Virus record (IMG/VR): IMGVR_UViG_3300032322_000863
Coordinates: 1-55,276 of that record
Reading direction: 5' to 3' (one strand)
Source of the DNA: a virus
Lineage: Duplodnaviria; Caudoviricetes
Length of the DNA stretch: 55,276 bases
The position numbers and the translations under genes were made by a program. This document shows, one piece after another, positions 17,012-27,252 of this stretch (the stretch's first letter is position 1; each line of letters starts with the position of its first letter). Under the pieces are notes generated by a model. It ran no database searches. It was not told where the DNA came from and saw only the letters and a program-made list of their open reading frames with translations.

Positions 17012-20000
17012 GCCCTCGGCGCTTCAGGTCCATGTAGGTACTCAAGCGATCAACAACCTCCGGCGTCATCCGAACGGCGGGGGCGCTCATCCGGTACGAA
17101 TACGCAAGTTGCGAATCATTATCAGCAAGTTGCGGCTTTTTGCTGATCTGGTCGTCAATCCACTCCTTGTTTATAACGCGCATCGGCACGTCGTATTCAA
17201 AACCGCCCACGTAACCAACCTCCGGATCAGCAGCAAGCTGGTGTCGATATGACTTGTGCGGGACGGCGGGGCTGTAAATGATACGCCCGCTAGGATCAAG
17301 CTTTGCAATTGTGCGCCCGGCACTGTAATCCGCAGCGTGCAAAAGCGATGGATCGGTGATTGCAAAGCGAGCCGCCCCAACGTCCGGCATCCCCGCGCCT
17401 TGGAAGGATGATTGCCCCATCAGCTCAGCCACCTTTGTTCGAGCCTTGCCGGGTCCGCCGCCGTACAGGTACTCCTGCAAATTCGGGCTCTTCAGTCCCG
17501 GCCAGTCTGCATACGGAGCCCACTTGTTCGCGGTGTTCGTCCGCATTTGGTTATCGAACTCTTTAATCGTCGCCGCCTTCGCCTTGCTGCTCGGCAGAAG
17601 TCCAAGCAGCGCGTCAGTCATGTGATGGGAGTAGTCTCCCGACCGAGACCCCATAGCGACATACGACAGATATGGGTCAAATCCGGCATTAGCCTCTTCT
17701 CTGACCTTGTTTGCCAGCGTTTTGATAACGCCAGCATCGGAAGCCCACACTGCGCGATCAGGGCCGCGAGCCGCGGGTCCATACATGAAGCCATGGCCAC
17801 CCTGCAATTCAACAGGCTGCGCTAGGGGCGTCTCGTTCACCGCCATCAAACGAGCCCCACTGGCTGTACGATCTCCAATGGCCGGAATTAATGACGCGCC
17901 CTCAAGACTAGAGGGGTCAATGAACCTGCGCGGGATACCCTCATCGGTGATAGCCTGCACTGCATGCATTTCTCCGAGTGGTCGCGACAGAACCGTGGAT
18001 GAGATGGAGTGCTGTTTGCGCGGATCCCGCGCACGCGCCGACTCTGGAACATGAAACCCATATTCTCCAGCCTGCGACATGAACCTTGATGACGCTGGGC
18101 GCTCTGCCGTCCGAACAAGGTCCAGAACCTGCTGGACCATCCTGCTCTTGCCCGCCTCCGCCTCCTCCGGCATCATGACGGCGGCACCAGCCCCGCCAGC
18201 CGCCACGGGCGCAGGAACACGGCCCAGCACGTCGCGAGCCGTGTCTACAGCCCTCGCGCCGGCGTCATACACCGCCCGGCCAGCCGCCATGATGGGCTTG
18301 CGGGCGTAATAGGCCGCAGGCAGGCCAGCCGACAAGCCGGCGGACAGGTAGTCCTCGTTGCGGAGGGCGTCTGAAAAGTCTGAGACCGCCAGCGGAATGC
18401 CGGCGGGCGTAAGATCCGCCACACCCATGCCAAGCGTGCCGCTGCCCGGCAGGCCGCGAGATCCGGCCACGATGTCCGCGATCCGGCTGCGCACGATGCC
18501 GCCATCGCCGGCAATCGCACCGCCAAGCACGTCACGACCACCAAGCTCCAGCGGGCGCACGGTGGCCTCGCCCTCGCGCAGCGGGCGCTCACGGAACCGG
18601 CGCACGGCGCTCGCCCAGTTCTCGCCCATGGTCGCCGGGTCCATGACCGGGCGATCCTCGAACGCGCCGAGCTGCTCCAGCGTAGCGCGGCGGCGGGACT
18701 GTGCCGTCTCGCCCCCATCCGCCATCACCTGACGCCCGACGTTCGGCAGGTACTGCGTGGGGTACTGGTCTTCGAGGAGGCGACCACCCTCCGCCCGGTC
18801 AATGCGCGGGCCGCTGAACTCGCCCGTGTTGCTGATAGCAGACTTAATCTGCTCGGGATCGCGCAGGATCACCGCAAGGTCCGGGTTGCTTTCGGGCAGC
18901 CATGCGTCGTGCCCCTGCGAGCGAAGCTGGTCGAACCACTCGGACTGGGCACGCTTGTAGTTTGGAGACATTGCAAAGTCAGGCAGTGCGCCAGTGTAAG
19001 GGTTCTCGGCCCGAGCGAACACGGGGATCACGCGGGAGGCGGTGTTCGTCTTTTCGTAGCTCCAGCCCGGCCCCGGACGAAGGCCCATGCTGTCGTTCTG
19101 GAGCGCATATTCAGAAGCCTCTTCGGGGTTCTTGGTCAACCAAACGCCGTGACGACCGACGTTAAACTGAGGGAAGTCTTTGTCCTTTGAAGTGCCATGG
19201 AAATAGCGGTCCTCAACGCGAGAGGACGGGATCACGCTCTTCCCGCGCCACTTTTCCATCTCCGGCGTGTTGAACAAGTCAGCGACAGCCTTGAGTGCCT
19301 TTTTGACGACTCCGCCCTTGTCGAACCCCTCGCGCGGCTCTTCCTGCCCCGGCTGCGCCATGCCGAGGCCAACAGCCCCCGGAACCATCGTAAAAAGCGG
19401 CAGGCCCTCTTTGATCTTCTCGCGCATGGTGGGGGTGATGTTGAGGGAGGGGAGCTGCCTAGCCTGCGGAGCCGGAGCGTCGGAACTAAGTTCGGCCATA
19501 AGCTCAGAGTCACTAAGGCGCGTCGTGCGCGCATCACGGACTGGCGTCGGGATGCTCACTGTCCCCAACTGAGCGTTCGGATCCATCGGGCGCACCAGCT
19601 TTTGAAGCTGCTGGGGCACGATCTCATCGTAGAACTTTCGCATCCCCGCTTCGCGCTTTTCCCCACCGCCCGGATACCGAGCGGCTTGCGGCGCACCCGG
19701 CGTCCACGCCAATGCGTCATAGTTGCCTTCCGCCGCCTCGCGAAGGGCGCGCTTGAGGGCGAGGTCGGTCCACTTGGGAGTGCTCTCGACAAACGGGGCG
19801 GAAGGAACGCCGCCAAACGACGGCTTGCGAGAATCTATTTCTCGCACTTGGTTAACTAAATCGTCGCGACGAGAAAGCATTGCTGTGAATTCAGGATTAT
19901 TGCGGGCATTGTCGTAATACGCATTAAGCATATCTTCATATTCGCGCGGCGACATTTTGCCGGGCTGGAATCGTGGGGCCTCTCCGCGAAGAGAGTTAAT

Positions 20001-20822
20001 GGCGTCCGCCGCCTGCTGCAATTGACGCTGAACAGCGTCGCGTTCCGCCTTCCATGCATCAACGACAGCAGGGCTATCATTGAACCCACGCTTCCGACCT
20101 TCCTGCGCCCAGTCAGACTGAATTTCCTCGACATGCAGAATGCGCCGTCCTTCCGGGTCGGTTCGATCCTTCAAGCGAAGATGCGCGAGGATGTTGGGGT
20201 CGGGGTAGTGTTCAGAAAGGTAGTTGTTGGGATCGACTCGGCGCATTCCCTGCCCGCCCAGCATCGAAAAGCGAGCCGGCTCATCATTTTCGACTTCCGG
20301 CCTCTTTAACAGCAACTCACGATAGTTCTCGCCACCGGGGAATGTGTATCGCTCGAACTTGGTCGGCTCCTCACGAGACATTCTATTATCAATGATGTCG
20401 TAATACTCGTCAGAAAGCGCTTTATATTGTGGATGCTCAGCAGGCACGCGGCCCGCCGCTATTTCACGAGCAACGATTGCTTCAATTTCACTATCTATTT
20501 CCTGCTTTCGCGCCTCAAGAGAAGCTACCCTCGGATTGTATCCAAGCACGCTCTCATCAACCCGCACCTCATTGCGCCGCAGAAAGTCCGCCACCTCGTC
20601 GCGGGTGACGCTCTGGCGGCCCTTGGCCCAGTCGTCAAAGCCGGTCCACTTCAGTTCGTCCGGCTTGACACCCTGCTTCAGGAGCGCGGCCCGCATCTGC
20701 TGGGGCGTGCCCTTGGCCTGCGGGATCTTTGACGCCTCTTCCGTGGCGCGGGAGAACAGGCCCAGCGGGTTGAGTTCACGAACCGCCTTCAGCGCCTGCT
20801 GGACAATCTTCTCACCGGCCAT
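17001..20822 (-). CDS. Large polyvalent protein with an ADP-ribosyltransferase (ART-PolyVal-like) domain
   Basis: N-terminal GGENYRELLL..LAHLR..HVEEIQSDW module; central YFHGT..GVWLT..ASEYA..IPVF..NPY..GHDA..DPEQIKSAISNTGEF; C-terminal domain not recognised. Confidence 0.75.
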   Translation of the reverse strand: MAGEKIVQQALKAVRELNPLGLFSRATEEASKIPQAKGTPQQMRAALLKQGVKPDELKWTGFDDWAKGRQSVTRDEVADFLRRNEVRVDESVLGYNPRVASLEARKQEIDSEIEAIVAREIAAGRVPAEHPQYKALSDEYYDIIDNRMSREEPTKFERYTFPGGENYRELLLKRPEVENDEPARFSMLGGQGMRRVDPNNYLSEHYPDPNILAHLRLKDRTDPEGRRILHVEEIQSDWAQEGRKRGFNDSPAVVDAWKAERDAVQRQLQQAADAINSLRGEAPRFQPGKMSPREYEDMLNAYYDNARNNPEFTAMLSRRDDLVNQVREIDSRKPSFGGVPSAPFVESTPKWTDLALKRALREAAEGNYDALAWTPGAPQAARYPGGGEKREAGMRKFYDEIVPQQLQKLVRPMDPNAQLGTVSIPTPVRDARTTRLSDSELMAELSSDAPAPQARQLPSLNITPTMREKIKEGLPLFTMVPGAVGLGMAQPGQEEPREGFDKGGVVKKALKAVADLFNTPEMEKWRGKSVIPSSRVEDRYFHGTSKDKDFPQFNVGRHGVWLTKNPEEASEYALQNDSMGLRPGPGWSYEKTNTASRVIPVFARAENPYTGALPDFAMSPNYKRAQSEWFDQLRSQGHDAWLPESNPDLAVILRDPEQIKSAISNTGEFSGPRIDRAEGGRLLEDQYPTQYLPNVGRQVMADGGETAQSRRRATLEQLGAFEDRPVMDPATMGENWASAVRRFRERPLREGEATVRPLELGGRDVLGGAIAGDGGIVRSRIADIVAGSRGLPGSGTLGMGVADLTPAGIPLAVSDFSDALRNEDYLSAGLSAGLPAAYYARKPIMAAGRAVYDAGARAVDTARDVLGRVPAPVAAGGAGAAVMMPEEAEAGKSRMVQQVLDLVRTAERPASSRFMSQAGEYGFHVPESARARDPRKQHSISSTVLSRPLGEMHAVQAITDEGIPRRFIDPSSLEGASLIPAIGDRTASGARLMAVNETPLAQPVELQGGHGFMYGPAARGPDRAVWASDAGVIKTLANKVREEANAGFDPYLSYVAMGSRSGDYSHHMTDALLGLLPSSKAKAATIKEFDNQMRTNTANKWAPYADWPGLKSPNLQEYLYGGGPGKARTKVAELMGQSSFQGAGMPDVGAARFAITDPSLLHAADYSAGRTIAKLDPSGRIIYSPAVPHKSYRHQLAADPEVGYVGGFEYDVPMRVINKEWIDDQISKKPQLADNDSQLAYSYRMSAPAVRMTPEVVDRLSTYMDLKRRGLIP

Positions 20823-20827
20823 CTACG

Positions 20828-23089
20828 CTACTCCGTCAGCGGGGGCTCGTTGCTTTGCAATCGCTGCAACATAGCAGGGTCGAGCATATTCTGCACTATG
20901 GGAAGGCCCATCGGGTTCTTCGCGATGTCCTGAGCAAGCCTGACCGCCGCCAGACGCTCGCGGCTCTCGCGCTCGCGCTCGCGGCTAACGCTTTCTAGCT
21001 GCGCGTCCTGCTGCTTGACCGCCATCTCGCGCTGTCTAAGCTGAAGTTCGGCCATTTTGACAGGGTCCATCTCGCCGCCGGGCTGGCCCTGCACGTCCGC
21101 CATGGTCTTCTGCACGTCGGCCTGCGCACGCATGGTGTCGGCGTCGGCCTTCTGCTTCTCGATGGCCAGCTTCGCCTTAGCGTACTCGACCTCGGGCGGA
21201 TCTTTCTGCTGGAGCGACGACGGCGGGACCATGAATTGCTGCGGGTTGGACCAGCCCATGGCCTGAAGGGCCGCGCTGTCGATGGCAATCGGGTCGTAGA
21301 GCGACGGGCTCGCTTGCTGGAGCTGCTTCAGCCCCATGATCTTCATCATGCGCTGCGTCTGGCTCGCCGTGTTCGGGTCCGCCTGCGGGACCAGATCGCA
21401 GTCGTTGATGGCCTTGAGGAACGTCTGCTCGTCCCACTGCATCGAGGGCTTGGCGCACCTCTGCCAGAAGCTCTCTGGGTGCTCCTTGAAGCACCGCACT
21501 AGAAGCTTGAACTCGTCAGCCTGCGCCGCGTGCATGCGCTTGTGGACCGAGTTCAGCACTTTCGTGGCCTGATCGATCATGGCGAGCGTGGTGCCCACGG
21601 GCGCGTCGGCCCGGCCCTCGCCCACCGCGATCTCAGCCGTCCCACCAATGCGCTGGCCCGTCTCGGCCATGTTCTGCGCGAGGTTCATCAGGGCGGATCC
21701 GGGCTCCTTGTAGGGGAGCGGCATGATCGCCTGATTGATCGGCATCCCGCCAGTCTTCACGAGCGCGCCGCCACCCGGCGGCACTCGGAAGATGTTGGTG
21801 TTTTGCCTCCCGCCCATGTCGGCCATTAGGAAGCCGGGGAAGTTGGCGAACATACCTGCGTCCAACATTTCGCGCCATGCAGCAGTCACCGCGTTTGTGG
21901 TGTTGCCCAGAATGTGCAAAAGGCCAATGTCGTAAAAGCCGAAGCCCGGAACGAACGTGTACTTCACGAAGTTCACGCGCGCCTCGGGAAGCTCCGCGTC
22001 GTCCTCATCGTAGTTGCGCACCACCGAGAGGATCTCGCGCGACGACACGTCGATGGTCACGCGGTAGGGGATTTCGAGCCCCGTCTCCTTGCCCTTGTAA
22101 CGATGCTCGAAGCCGCGAATATCCAGCTCGCAGTAGCACTCGTAGATCTCGCGGTCCCGGTCGTCCGGGTTCGTGGCCGTGTCAGAGATGCCCTGCGCCG
22201 ACCGCTGGGCGCGCTGCACGGCGTCCAGAGCCGCCGAGCGGGGCTGGGACAGGTCGATGTCGCGATAGACGCCCAGAAGCTGGAGCCGCTTGACCGTCGA
22301 GGGCCGCAGGTACGTGCGGTGCGTGATGCGCTTGGCGTTGCTCAGGTCCGTCGCGGCATTGCTGACGATCAGGTCGTCCGCGTCCACGGTCTCGCTCACC
22401 GGGCGGTTTCTGAGCGGGCAGAAGTACACCTTCTTGAACGCCGTCCCGCCGAAGCCGAGCATGAGCAGCATGCGGTCGGTGTCAGGGTAGTACTCGGACG
22501 CCGTGTCGGTCAGGTAATGGTTCAGGTCTCGCTCCAGCGCGCGGGCCAACTGGTCCTGCGCCAGATCGGCGTTGTTGCTGTCGTTTCGGATCTTCACCGG
22601 GCCATCGGTCGGCAGAAGCTCAGACCGGGCGTTGGCCTGAAAGCGAAGCACCGCCTCCAGCAGGAGCGGGTGGCGGACCTTGCTCATGCCCTCGACGGGC
22701 GCGCCATCGGACGCGCCCTGAAGGCCGGGGATCTCGATCTTGAGGCCCAGCAGGCTGATGCCCTGCGCCCGGTCGTCAATCCATTCCTGCCGGCTGCGGA
22801 TGTCGTCATCGATGCCGCGCAGCAGGTCGTCGGCGATCCGCGCCAGCTCCATGCCTTCGATCTGGTCCACCAGATTGTCGAACCATCCGCCGGCCTTTTT
22901 GGCCCCCGGCCCGTCGATGGGCTTGCCGTCGAGACTGACCGTGACCGAGCCATCGGCGTGATCAATCCGCAGGATGTTGCCCTGAGTGTCCACGTCGGGC
23001 ACGTCGGTGCCGGCCTCGATAATGACTTCCGGGAGTTCCGGCTCAGGCAGGCCGGGCAGGCGGATGTTGGGGTTAACGAGACCGGCCAT
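20828..23089 (-). CDS. Portal protein
   Basis: HPLLLEAVLRFQA, ELLPTDGPVK, GTAFKKVY, FVPGFGFYDIG, PLPYKEP; follows the terminase. Confidence 0.9.
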   Translation of the reverse strand: MAGLVNPNIRLPGLPEPELPEVIIEAGTDVPDVDTQGNILRIDHADGSVTVSLDGKPIDGPGAKKAGGWFDNLVDQIEGMELARIADDLLRGIDDDIRSRQEWIDDRAQGISLLGLKIEIPGLQGASDGAPVEGMSKVRHPLLLEAVLRFQANARSELLPTDGPVKIRNDSNNADLAQDQLARALERDLNHYLTDTASEYYPDTDRMLLMLGFGGTAFKKVYFCPLRNRPVSETVDADDLIVSNAATDLSNAKRITHRTYLRPSTVKRLQLLGVYRDIDLSQPRSAALDAVQRAQRSAQGISDTATNPDDRDREIYECYCELDIRGFEHRYKGKETGLEIPYRVTIDVSSREILSVVRNYDEDDAELPEARVNFVKYTFVPGFGFYDIGLLHILGNTTNAVTAAWREMLDAGMFANFPGFLMADMGGRQNTNIFRVPPGGGALVKTGGMPINQAIMPLPYKEPGSALMNLAQNMAETGQRIGGTAEIAVGEGRADAPVGTTLAMIDQATKVLNSVHKRMHAAQADEFKLLVRCFKEHPESFWQRCAKPSMQWDEQTFLKAINDCDLVPQADPNTASQTQRMMKIMGLKQLQQASPSLYDPIAIDSAALQAMGWSNPQQFMVPPSSLQQKDPPEVEYAKAKLAIEKQKADADTMRAQADVQKTMADVQGQPGGEMDPVKMAELQLRQREMAVKQQDAQLESVSRERERESRERLAAVRLAQDIAKNPMGLPIVQNMLDPAMLQRLQSNEPPLTE

Positions 23090-23091
23090 TG

Positions 23092-23325
23092 TTACGCCTT
23101 TTCAGAAAGTAAAAGCTCTATTTCCTCGACAAACAGCCGAAGACCTTCCTGCGCGGCGAGAGTATCAGATTTCGCCTGAATGGTATAGACGCGGACGTAG
23201 TCGTGGGGCTCGTCGCCGAAAACCTCGACCCGGAACCGTCCAAGCTTGAACGGACTCGGGTTTTCTTCCACGTCCACGATGGCGCGGGCAAGTATTCGCT
23301 GGGTCACAATTCCTACCTCCATCAA
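23092..23325 (-). CDS. Hypothetical protein
   Basis: 77-aa ORF coupled between TerL and portal. Confidence 0.6.
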   Translation of the reverse strand: MMEVGIVTQRILARAIVDVEENPSPFKLGRFRVEVFGDEPHDYVRVYTIQAKSDTLAAQEGLRLFVEEIELLLSEKA

Positions 23326-24953
23326 ACCGGATACAACGGCGCGGGAGCGCCGGCACGCTGCATAAGCTGGTCTTCAATCTCCGCCGACCGTTCCGCAGAG
23401 CGGGACAGCATGCCAAGCTCGCGCAGGTGGCGCAGCGCCATGGCCACAGTGTCCACCAAGTCGTCGTGCTTGCCCTTCGGGAAGACCTCGCACTGCTTGA
23501 TGACGAGATCCGCCCAGTGCCTGTCCGGGGCGTAGATCAGACCCTCCGAGAACAGGTGCTGCACGCTGTAGAGCCGCGCAAGCTTGTCTATCGCCCCCGG
23601 ATTGACGAGCTGTACTGCAAAGTCCTCCGCGCCGTAAAGGCGGCGCAGCTCCTGCGCCACCGAAATGCCGGCGGCCTTGGACTCGATCAGAAGCTTGTCC
23701 ACGCGCATGCGACGGCAAGAGGCGTTCACCTTCTCGACCAGCTCGGCCAGCTCGACCCGCTCCTGCCATGCCGCCATGAGCATGACGCGGGGGGCGCCCT
23801 CGACGTAGTAGCGCTGGATCTCGGCGATGCTCTCGCCATCCCGGCTGGCGACCTTGTTCGCCAGTGCGATGGTGTTGTCGCGGGAAAAGACGCCCCAGAT
23901 GGTAAGCGCGCTGTAGTCGTTTTCCTGCTTGGTCGTGTAGGCCGTGTCCAAGCTGGCGATGACGAAGTCCATGGGCGGGTAGGCGTCGGCGTCCCACGGC
24001 TGCCACCAGCTCGCCTTGATGACGCCACCACCTCTCGGCGTGGGCTGCTGCTGAAACTGGCCGGCGGTGGCGTAGGGCCCCATGACCTTCTCGTCGCGGT
24101 CCACTACGTCCTTCGGGAACCGGGCCGGGAACAGCAGCTCGCCGTCCTCCGTGCGCGGATCCTCGATGCCCAGCTTCGTGACGCAATGGCGCGTCTCGTC
24201 ATACCGCATGGGCAGCATGATGTGGTCGTAGCCAAGCTGCTTTTCCAAGATGACGCCGGAGACATCCTCCTCGTGCAGGCGCTGCATGATGACGACGATG
24301 GCGCTGCGGATTGGGTCGTTGAGGCGGGTCGGAATCGCCTCAAGGAACGTCGTCACCTCATTCTCACGCAAGGCTTCGGACGAGGCGCTGTCAACCGAGT
24401 GGGGGTCATCAATGATAACCCTGTCACCACGAATGCCCGTCAGTGACGTAATCGCGGTGGCTATACGAAATCCGCCAACGCTGTTCTGAAAATTGAGCTT
24501 CTCGTTCTGATCCTTGGCGAGCTTCACGCGGTCACCCCATCGCGCCTGATACCAGTCGCTCGTGATTAGCTGACGCATGCGCCGGCTGTCGCGGGCAGAC
24601 AGGTTCTCGACCTTGTGCGCCGCGCAGACGTAGCGCAGATGGGGCATGTTGCGCGGCCCCCACTCCCACGAGGGCCAGAAGACGTTGACGATGAGCGACT
24701 TCATCGTGCCGGGCGGCACGTTGGCCAACACGCGGTTGTAGGGCTCACCATCAATTTCGACGCCGTCTGTGATTGCTTCAAGGTGCTCGCAAATGAAGTC
24801 GATGTGCCAACCATGCACATACGATATTCCCGGCTCAATGACGTGCCACGCCTGCCGAATGAACTCGGCCAGCGACTCTTCGCACTCCGCCTTGGAGATT
24901 GAGAGTAGCTGGCCCTCGATGTCGATGAGCTGGCCGTTTAGATTGATGATCAT
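23322..24953 (-). CDS. terL: Terminase large subunit
   Basis: NVPPGTMKS (Walker A), IIDDPH (Walker B), IMQRLHEED, SLDTA, IESKAAG, FPKGKHDDLVD. Confidence 0.95.
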   Translation of the reverse strand: MIINLNGQLIDIEGQLLSISKAECEESLAEFIRQAWHVIEPGISYVHGWHIDFICEHLEAITDGVEIDGEPYNRVLANVPPGTMKSLIVNVFWPSWEWGPRNMPHLRYVCAAHKVENLSARDSRRMRQLITSDWYQARWGDRVKLAKDQNEKLNFQNSVGGFRIATAITSLTGIRGDRVIIDDPHSVDSASSEALRENEVTTFLEAIPTRLNDPIRSAIVVIMQRLHEEDVSGVILEKQLGYDHIMLPMRYDETRHCVTKLGIEDPRTEDGELLFPARFPKDVVDRDEKVMGPYATAGQFQQQPTPRGGGVIKASWWQPWDADAYPPMDFVIASLDTAYTTKQENDYSALTIWGVFSRDNTIALANKVASRDGESIAEIQRYYVEGAPRVMLMAAWQERVELAELVEKVNASCRRMRVDKLLIESKAAGISVAQELRRLYGAEDFAVQLVNPGAIDKLARLYSVQHLFSEGLIYAPDRHWADLVIKQCEVFPKGKHDDLVDTVAMALRHLRELGMLSRSAERSAEIEDQLMQRAGAPAPLYPV

Positions 24954-25186
24954 TTGGCCCACTTGTGCGCAGCGCACGGCGCGTGACATATCGCCAGATA
25001 TGTCTCACCAGTCTTTGCGTCTCGCCAGCAGGCGAGGCGCATAGCCTTTCGGTGACGAAGCGTCTGTGTGTAGACGAGGTCACCGTCAGGCTCCTCGTAG
25101 CAGTAGCCGTTGGCGTCGTCGCGGTCCGGGCGGCGCAGCCAGCCGTACTGCCAGTGCCATCCAGTTGAGACGAGTTCGTCGAGCAT
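24950..25186 (-). CDS. Hypothetical protein
   Basis: 78 aa, translationally coupled on both sides. Confidence 0.55.
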   Translation of the reverse strand: MLDELVSTGWHWQYGWLRRPDRDDANGYCYEEPDGDLVYTQTLRHRKAMRLACWRDAKTGETYLAICHAPCAAHKWAK

Positions 25187-25440
25187 CAGTTAAGCGTCCC
25201 TTCAGAAACCATTCCGAGCGACTTGGCGATCTCGTCGGGCGAGAACTCCTCAACGCTCTCCAGCGCGTACTCAGCCACCTCATTTGCGTTTTTTGGGTTT
25301 TCGATGATCGCCATCAAACATGCCCGCAAGTGAATCAGGGAGAGCATCGATGCCACATACGTAACAAGAAAATCTTTGGGGTCCGCCTTCATCTCATTCA
25401 CGGCTTCGTTGAAGGCATCATTCAGTTCTGACTTATTCAT
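25186..25440 (-). CDS. Hypothetical protein
   Basis: 84 aa, coupled to TerS. Confidence 0.6.
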   Translation of the reverse strand: MNKSELNDAFNEAVNEMKADPKDFLVTYVASMLSLIHLRACLMAIIENPKNANEVAEYALESVEEFSPDEIAKSLGMVSEGTLN

Positions 25441-25931
25441 CCCTTTTTCTCCTTTGCCGCCATCAGCGCCAGCTTCAGCGCCTCGCGCTGCGCCGGCTCT
25501 AATTGGGTCGCATCCACGACAATTGCTTGCGTCTGAATCGGGCCGCCGTTGTCGCCGGTCACTTCCGTGCGCGTGCGGTCACCATACATGCGGGGGGCCA
25601 TCTTCATGGCCCGCCACTGCTTCGTAGACACTTGGAGCTTAACCTGATCGATATTGTCCTTCGTCGCGCTCTTCGCGAGATCGTCGATTTCATCGACCAG
25701 ATAGTCAGCCAGTGCTTCCCGCGCGCGCGCACACCGCGCATAAAAATCGGGGTGTCTGTCAAACCATTTATACACCGTCACGCGCGGCGGCATGCCCGGA
25801 TCTTTACAGATCGCCGTCATGCTCTCGCCCTCGATCATGCGCTGGACGATCTTGTCAGCGACTTCTTCATTGTACGTTGACGGTCGTCCAGCCTTTGCCA
25901 CGCTTACGCTCCCATCTTCCTGATGATCCAA
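25437..25931 (-). CDS. terS: Terminase small subunit (Sf6/P22-like)
   Basis: GRPSTYNEEVADKI..GESMTAIC..MP..TVYKW..FYARCARARE..KMAPRMYGD. True start may be GTG at 25901. Confidence 0.85.
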   Translation of the reverse strand: MDHQEDGSVSVAKAGRPSTYNEEVADKIVQRMIEGESMTAICKDPGMPPRVTVYKWFDRHPDFYARCARAREALADYLVDEIDDLAKSATKDNIDQVKLQVSTKQWRAMKMAPRMYGDRTRTEVTGDNGGPIQTQAIVVDATQLEPAQREALKLALMAAKEKKG

Positions 25932-26125
25932 TCGCCAAGCTCACGCGTGCCCATTGCGATGATCATGGCTACGACAGCCGCCAACACCAAGGGCCACGCA
26001 AACATATCGAACATGATCTCGCTATCGTTCCGGTCACCATGCTCCAAGACGTAAGAGACGACGGCTAACGCAAACCCGATCAGCAGATATGCCGCCACGG
26101 CCACAGAGATCCAGACAGCCATCAT
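25904..26125 (-). CDS. Small membrane protein (2 TM)
   Basis: Two hydrophobic stretches, with WP motif. Confidence 0.6.
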   Translation of the reverse strand: MMAVWISVAVAAYLLIGFALAVVSYVLEHGDRNDSEIMFDMFAWPLVLAAVVAMIIAMGTRELGDWIIRKMGA

Positions 26126-26403
26126 TTGCCCCTCGCGCGTTCGATTGCCGCCTGCCCCAGCGGAGTGTCGGCAAGCATGCCCAACTCAGCCATGTAGACT
26201 GCCATCACCGCCTGCTCTTCGCGCCGCTTGTCGCTGTCCTGTTTGCGCAGGGAGACGATCTTGCGCAGGATCTTGGGATCGAACCCGTGGCCCTTTGCCT
26301 CGGCGTAGACCTCCTTGATGTCCTCGGCCAGCATAGCCTTTTCGTCTTCAAGTTTCTCGATACGCTCCACGATTGACGCTAACTGATTGTTTTCGCCTGC
26401 CAT
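26122..26403 (-). CDS. GapR-like DNA-binding protein (DUF2312)
   Basis: LASIVERIEKLEDEK..EDIKEVYAEAKGHGFDPKILRKIVSLRK. Confidence 0.9.
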   Translation of the reverse strand: MAGENNQLASIVERIEKLEDEKAMLAEDIKEVYAEAKGHGFDPKILRKIVSLRKQDSDKRREEQAVMAVYMAELGMLADTPLGQAAIERARGK

Positions 26404-26433
26404 AACCATCTCCCAATTTAACCTTACCCCCAG

Positions 26434-26468
26434 AGCCTAGCACCCTCCGAAGAAAAAGACAAATTGTC
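26434..26468 (-). promoter_or_regulatory. Leftward promoter of the GapR-terminase arm, overlapped by a GACAAATTGTC palindrome
   Basis: Minus strand TTGTCT-N17-TAGGCT; palindrome at 26458-26468. Confidence 0.5.
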
Positions 26469-26480
26469 CTCGAAAGTTGT

Positions 26481-26508
26481 TTGCACCCGAAAAGATTTCG
26501 TGTACAAA
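26481..26508 (+). promoter_or_regulatory. Early promoter 1 with CGAAAAGATTTCG operator
   Basis: TTGCAC-N16-TACAAA; operator at 26488-26500. Confidence 0.65.
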
Positions 26509-26536
26509 GATCCTGCCAACGCAATGGAGATTACAG

Positions 26537-26878
26537 ATGCTCAAGATTCACGCAGACACCTTCACCGCCACCACCGCCCCGTCCCAGTGGGCCGAGGAGT
26601 ACGGCTGGAACGAGGGCACCGTCGAGGTGACCTTCGAGGGCAAGACCAAGCGCGTCCGCTGCCTCGCCCCCGACGACAAGAGGTCCGAGTGGACCATCTA
26701 TGGCCTCTGCGCCCGCTACGCCACCGGCACGAAGGTTTGGAGCGCCTCCGTCCGCCACGACGGCAACCGCATCCTGAGCCTCTGGACCGGCTTCGAGAGC
26801 CGCTCGGGCCGCCACAGCCAGCCCCGCCTTGTCGGTTTCATCGACAACGTGAACGCGGCGCACATCTCAAAAAGATAA
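26537..26878 (+). CDS. Early hypothetical protein
   Basis: Preceded by ATGGAGATTACAG-ATG; strongly C-ending codons. Confidence 0.7.
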   Translation: MLKIHADTFTATTAPSQWAEEYGWNEGTVEVTFEGKTKRVRCLAPDDKRSEWTIYGLCARYATGTKVWSASVRHDGNRILSLWTGFESRSGRHSQPRLVGFIDNVNAAHISKR

Positions 26879-26897
26879 AAAAGGGGGCTCAGCCCCC

Positions 26898-26925
26898 TTG
26901 CACACGAAAAGATTTCGCGTATAAT
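26898..26925 (+). promoter_or_regulatory. Early promoter 2 with CGAAAAGATTTCG operator
   Basis: TTGCAC-N16-TATAAT; operator at 26905-26917. Confidence 0.75.
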
Positions 26926-26961
26926 CCTAATCACTGAAACGCACACAGATGGAGATTACAG

Positions 26962-27252
26962 ATGTTCAACCCCGACACCGCCGACCGTGAACTCGCCGCC
27001 TGCGTCTACCCCGTCGAGGAGCTCTGCCTCGACGCCGTCCTCGCCGGCGTGATGTTCAACGGCGAGCTTCAGATCGAAATCGAAGACAACGACTGGTACA
27101 TCGACAGCGTGACCGCCACCAACGCCAAGGGCGTGACGCAGGCTTACCGCTTCGGTCACCCCATCTGCGAGGCCGTCATCGCGGCAGTCATGGCCGACCG
27201 CAAGCTCTGCGACTCGATCTACCAGTCCTGCGTTGAGCACGCCGAGTGGTGA
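26962..27252 (+). CDS. Early acidic hypothetical protein
   Basis: Same ATGGAGATTACAG-ATG leader as the 26537 gene. Confidence 0.7.
   Translation: MFNPDTADRELAACVYPVEELCLDAVLAGVMFNGELQIEIEDNDWYIDSVTATNAKGVTQAYRFGHPICEAVIAAVMADRKLCDSIYQSCVEHAEW

Noticed and set aside
11353-24446. Long plus-strand ORFs such as 11353-12681, 21914-23179 and 23427-24446
   Set aside because: Antisense to capsid, portal and terminase in high-GC DNA, with no motifs or RBS.
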